Shown here: positions 16,456-19,505 of the stretch, one piece after another
Position numbering within the stretch: position 1 is the first letter of the stretch
Layout: the number at the start of each line of letters is the position of its first letter
DNA from: Opitutales bacterium
GTDB lineage: Bacteria; Verrucomicrobiota; Verrucomicrobiia; Opitutales; JABSRG01
DNA: 19,505 bases
Assembly: GCA_049599475.1 (NCBI GenBank)
Contig: JBMYOQ010000074.1
Location: 1 to 19,505, forward strand
Reading direction: 5' to 3'
The notes under the pieces: model-generated
The model's input: only the letters and a program-made list of their open reading frames with translations
Told to the model about the DNA's origin: nothing
Databases searched by the model: none
Program-made: the position numbers and the translations under genes

Positions 16456-18984
16456 ATGCCTACCGCACCAAAGAAGAAAAAGGCCGCTGCAAAGCGCACC
16501 AAAGCTGATAATAAAAAAGCATCATCGAAGGGCCTCAGCGCGCCAGCATGCGATAACTCAGTCGAGGGACTTCAGGAATCCATCCTGACACACCTCACCA
16601 AAACACTGGCCCGCGACACGCGCACGGTGACCAAGCACGACTGGACCTTGGCACTTACCTATGCTCTCAGAGACCGTATTTTAGAGCGCTACATTGATAC
16701 TCAGACACGCCATTACGACAAGAACGTCCGGCGCGCATATTACCTGTCCCTCGAATATTTAATGGGGCGTTTGATGAATAACAACTTGCACAATCTCGGC
16801 CTCTTCGAAACGGCTGAGAAAGCATGCAAAAATCTTGGCGTAGATATCACTGATATCGCCGGAGAAGAACACGATATGGGCCTCGGAAACGGTGGTCTCG
16901 GCCGTCTCGCAGCGTGTTTCCTCGACTCGCTCGCGAGCCTTGACCTGCCAGCAATCGGATACGGCATCCACTACGAGTTCGGACTCTTCCGTCAAAAATT
17001 CCAAGACGGCTACCAGATTGAAAATCCCGATAACTGGCGCGAGTTCGGCGACCCCTGGGAAATCTGCCGCCCGAAGTACATGGTCGACGTGAAGCTGTAT
17101 GGTAAAGTCGTTGCGCACACCGATGACAAGGGCGACTTCAAGCCACAGTGGGTGGACACCAGCACCATCCGTGCACTTCCCTTCGATGTGCCAATCGTAG
17201 GCTACTCCGGCGGCACCGTGAATTTCCTCCGCCTGTGGGAATCCAAGGCTTCCGATGTATTCGACCTCGAAGCCTTCAACCGCGGGGGCTACGTGGAAGC
17301 TGTCCGCGAAAAGGCAATCGGTGAAACCATCTCCAAAGTCCTGTATCCCAACGATGCAACAGCTCAGGGTAAAGAGCTCCGCCTGGTCCAGGAATACTTC
17401 TATGTCAGCGCATCCCTCCAGGACATCATTCGCCGCCACTTTAAGCTCAACGAGGGCTGGGAATCCTTCCCTGAAAAGGTTGCTATCCAGCTCAACGACA
17501 CCCACCCAGCCGTCGCTGTCGCCGAGTTGATGCGCATCCTCGTAGACGAATACAATCTCGCATGGGATTTCTCGTGGGACCTCACGCGCGAAACATTCTC
17601 ATATACAAACCACACGCTACTCCCAGAGGCCCTGGAAAAGTGGAGTGTGCCTCTGTTTGAAAAGGTATTACCACGCCACTTACAAATCATCTATGAGCTA
17701 AACCGCCGCTTCCTCGAAGACGAAGTCGAAGCAAAATGGCCGGGCAACGCCGAGATGAAGCAACGCCTCTCCTTGATCGAAGAGGGCTATCCAAAGCAAA
17801 TACGGATGGCCTATCTTTCCATCATCGGAAGCCATGCCGTAAATGGTGTCGCTGCCCTGCATACCGAGCTTCTCAAAAGCAACCTCTTCAAGGATTTCGA
17901 CGAGCTTTACCCAGGCAAGATTCTCAATAAAACCAATGGCATCACTCCACGCCGCTGGTTACTCGCCTGCAACACCGGTCTCAGCGATCTCATTACAAGT
18001 AAAATTGGCGACACGTGGCCAACACACCTGGATGAACTTCAAAAAATCGGCGATTTCGCAGGCGACCCAGCTTTCCAGAAGAAATTCATGGCAATCAAGC
18101 GCGAGAATAAAGTGCGCTTTGCAAAATATGTGAAAGACACCATGGACATCGACATCAGCCCAGACGCGCTGTTCGACGTCCAAATCAAGCGCCTTCACGA
18201 GTATAAGCGTCAGCACTTGAATTTGCTGCACATTCTCACTTTGTATCGAGAACTTCTACACAACCCAGATCTCGACATCGCACCACGTGTATTCATCTTC
18301 GCAGCCAAGGCAGCGCCTGGCTACGACCTGGCGAAAAACATCATTCGTGCGATCAACAAGGTGGCAGACACCATCAACAACGACGAGCGCATCCAAGGAA
18401 AGATCAAGGTTGTATTCCCTGAGAACTACAGTGTAACGCTCGCTGAGATGATTATCCCAGCGGCCGACCTTTCCGAGCAAATCTCAACTGCCGGTAAGGA
18501 AGCCTCCGGTACCGGAAACATGAAGCTCGCCCTCAACGGCGCCCTCACCATTGGTACCCTCGACGGAGCCAATGTGGAAATTAATGAAGAAGTCGGCGAC
18601 GAGAACATCTTCATCTTCGGCCTCGAAGTAGAAGACGTGCAGACCCTCAAAGCACAGGGCTACAATCCATATGAGTATTACAACTCGAATCCGGACCTGA
18701 AAGCAGCCATTGACTGGCTAGCAAGCGACCACTTCACACCAGGTGAAACCAATCCATTCTCCCCTCTCGTCGATAGTCTTATTCGCAACGGCGACCCCTT
18801 CCTAGTACTCGCTGACTACGCAGACTACTGCGCAGCCCAAAAGAAGGTAGACGCCGCCTTCAAGGACACCAAGAAGTGGGCACGTATGGCCATCCTCAAT
18901 ACAGCCCGCGTAGGCAAATTCTCATCGGATCGCACCATCCGAGAATACGCCAACGAGATCTGGAAAATCGAGCCCTGCAAATAA
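16456..18984 (+). CDS. glgP: Glycogen/starch/alpha-glucan phosphorylase
   Basis: [56 protein letters not shown]-binding [20 protein letters not shown]. Confidence 0.97.
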   Translation: MPTAPKKKKAAAKRTKADNKKASSKGLSAPACDNSVEGLQESILTHLTKTLARDTRTVTKHDWTLALTYALRDRILERYIDTQTRHYDKNVRRAYYLSLEYLMGRLMNNNLHNLGLFETAEKACKNLGVDITDIAGEEHDMGLGNGGLGRLAACFLDSLASLDLPAIGYGIHYEFGLFRQKFQDGYQIENPDNWREFGDPWEICRPKYMVDVKLYGKVVAHTDDKGDFKPQWVDTSTIRALPFDVPIVGYSGGTVNFLRLWESKASDVFDLEAFNRGGYVEAVREKAIGETISKVLYPNDATAQGKELRLVQEYFYVSASLQDIIRRHFKLNEGWESFPEKVAIQLNDTHPAVAVAELMRILVDEYNLAWDFSWDLTRETFSYTNHTLLPEALEKWSVPLFEKVLPRHLQIIYELNRRFLEDEVEAKWPGNAEMKQRLSLIEEGYPKQIRMAYLSIIGSHAVNGVAALHTELLKSNLFKDFDELYPGKILNKTNGITPRRWLLACNTGLSDLITSKIGDTWPTHLDELQKIGDFAGDPAFQKKFMAIKRENKVRFAKYVKDTMDIDISPDALFDVQIKRLHEYKRQHLNLLHILTLYRELLHNPDLDIAPRVFIFAAKAAPGYDLAKNIIRAINKVADTINNDERIQGKIKVVFPENYSVTLAEMIIPAADLSEQISTAGKEASGTGNMKLALNGALTIGTLDGANVEINEEVGDENIFIFGLEVEDVQTLKAQGYNPYEYYNSNPDLKAAIDWLASDHFTPGETNPFSPLVDSLIRNGDPFLVLADYADYCAAQKKVDAAFKDTKKWARMAILNTARVGKFSSDRTIREYANEIWKIEPCK

Positions 18985-19007
18985 ACAGGATTGATAATTC
19001 ATTCTTC

Positions 19008-19041
19008 AAAAAGCGCATCCAGAAAAAGGGTGCGCTTTTTT
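19008..19041 (+). terminator. Rho-independent terminator of glgP (possibly bidirectional)
   Basis: AAAAAGCGCATCC-agaaaaa-GGGTGCGCTTTTTT, 23 bp after the stop codon, with A and T tracts on the two sides. Confidence 0.88.
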
Positions 19042-19126
19042 GTCTCCTGATGTTTCGACATCGGACACAGCCTATAGGCATTTCTGAAAAATGCTTTCGT
19101 TGATGCTGTTAGATCCACCCTTGCAA

Positions 19127-19218
19127 AAGGTAGGGCTGCACTCCGATGCAGTCGCAACATTTAAGCCGAATGCCGTGCATCGGAGGCGGCCTTTACAGAG
19201 GACACGCAGCCCTACCTT
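19127..19218. repeat. GTAG-type REP doublet (REPIN-like nested inverted repeat)
   Basis: Perfect 13-bp terminal IR AAGGTAGGGCTGC (19127-19139) / GCAGCCCTACCTT (19206-19218). Inner perfect 10-bp IR CTCCGATGCA (19141-19150) / TGCATCGGAG (19176-19185). The left unit is GTAG plus the hairpin GGCTGCA-CTCCGA-TGCAGTC. Confidence 0.75.
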
Positions 19219-19315
19219 ATCGCCGTAGTTTTAATCTTAATCTATCCTATCTGGGATAGGGTCTCTCCCTGAAATTTTGGCCTTAGCACGAATGCGCTTT
19301 TGAGTATTAATCTCG

Positions 19316-19504
19316 TTATAACAAATCCCTACTCCATCGGGTCGAACCGCCTCGCGTGATCCACAGGCTTGAGCGACAGCCTTCCCAGAGACGATCTGAG
19401 AATCTTCCGTAAATAGAAATTCCGATATCAGTTTTCTCAGAACAATCCGACTTAGAGCATTTCTCAAAAGTATTTTCGTAAATAACGATTTTAAGCTTGT
19501 ACTT
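19316..19504 (-). CDS. Possible 3' end of an unknown gene entering from the right edge
   Basis: Frame open from the window edge: KYKLKIVIYENTFEKCSKSDCSEKTDIGISIYGRFSDRLWEGCRSSLWITRGGSTRWSRDLL*. AT-rich, no recognisable motif. A second minus frame ending at 19237 is also open. Confidence 0.3.
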   Translation of the reverse strand, partial: KYKLKIVIYENTFEKCSKSDCSEKTDIGISIYGRFSDRLWEGCRSSLWITRGGSTRWSRDLL

Positions 19505-19505
19505 T

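Noticed and set aside
16759..17505. 248-aa minus-strand ORF
   Set aside because: Antisense to the highly conserved glgP; expected from codon bias.
19237..19467. 76-aa minus-strand ORF as a complete gene
   Set aside because: No recognisable motif, TTG start, frame open to the window edge, and it competes with another open frame. Cannot be resolved without flanking sequence.

Overview
Bacterial chromosomal window. Gene families, gene style and start regions lacking Shine-Dalgarno motifs suggest Verrucomicrobiota/Opitutia; this is an inference. Bases 1-51 look like one terminus of an IS21-family insertion sequence. The minus strand then carries tRNA-Leu(TAG), a 1029-aa TPR protein, a 382-aa TPR protein, an ExbB/TolQ/MotA homolog, two ExbD/TolR homologs, and a membrane-anchored vWA protein with TonB-like topology. 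This is a proton-motor cluster with no canonical TonB, TolA/TolB/Pal or TonB-dependent receptor in the window, and it is the most interesting element. The rest is mostly housekeeping: psd on the minus strand, then on the plus strand a DCC1-like oxidoreductase, recQ, an RlmI/RlmK-like SAM methyltransferase, ftsK, a histidine phosphatase and glgP. A terminator, a GTAG-type REP doublet and a possible partial gene end the window. All calls come from reading motifs by eye; no searches were run.
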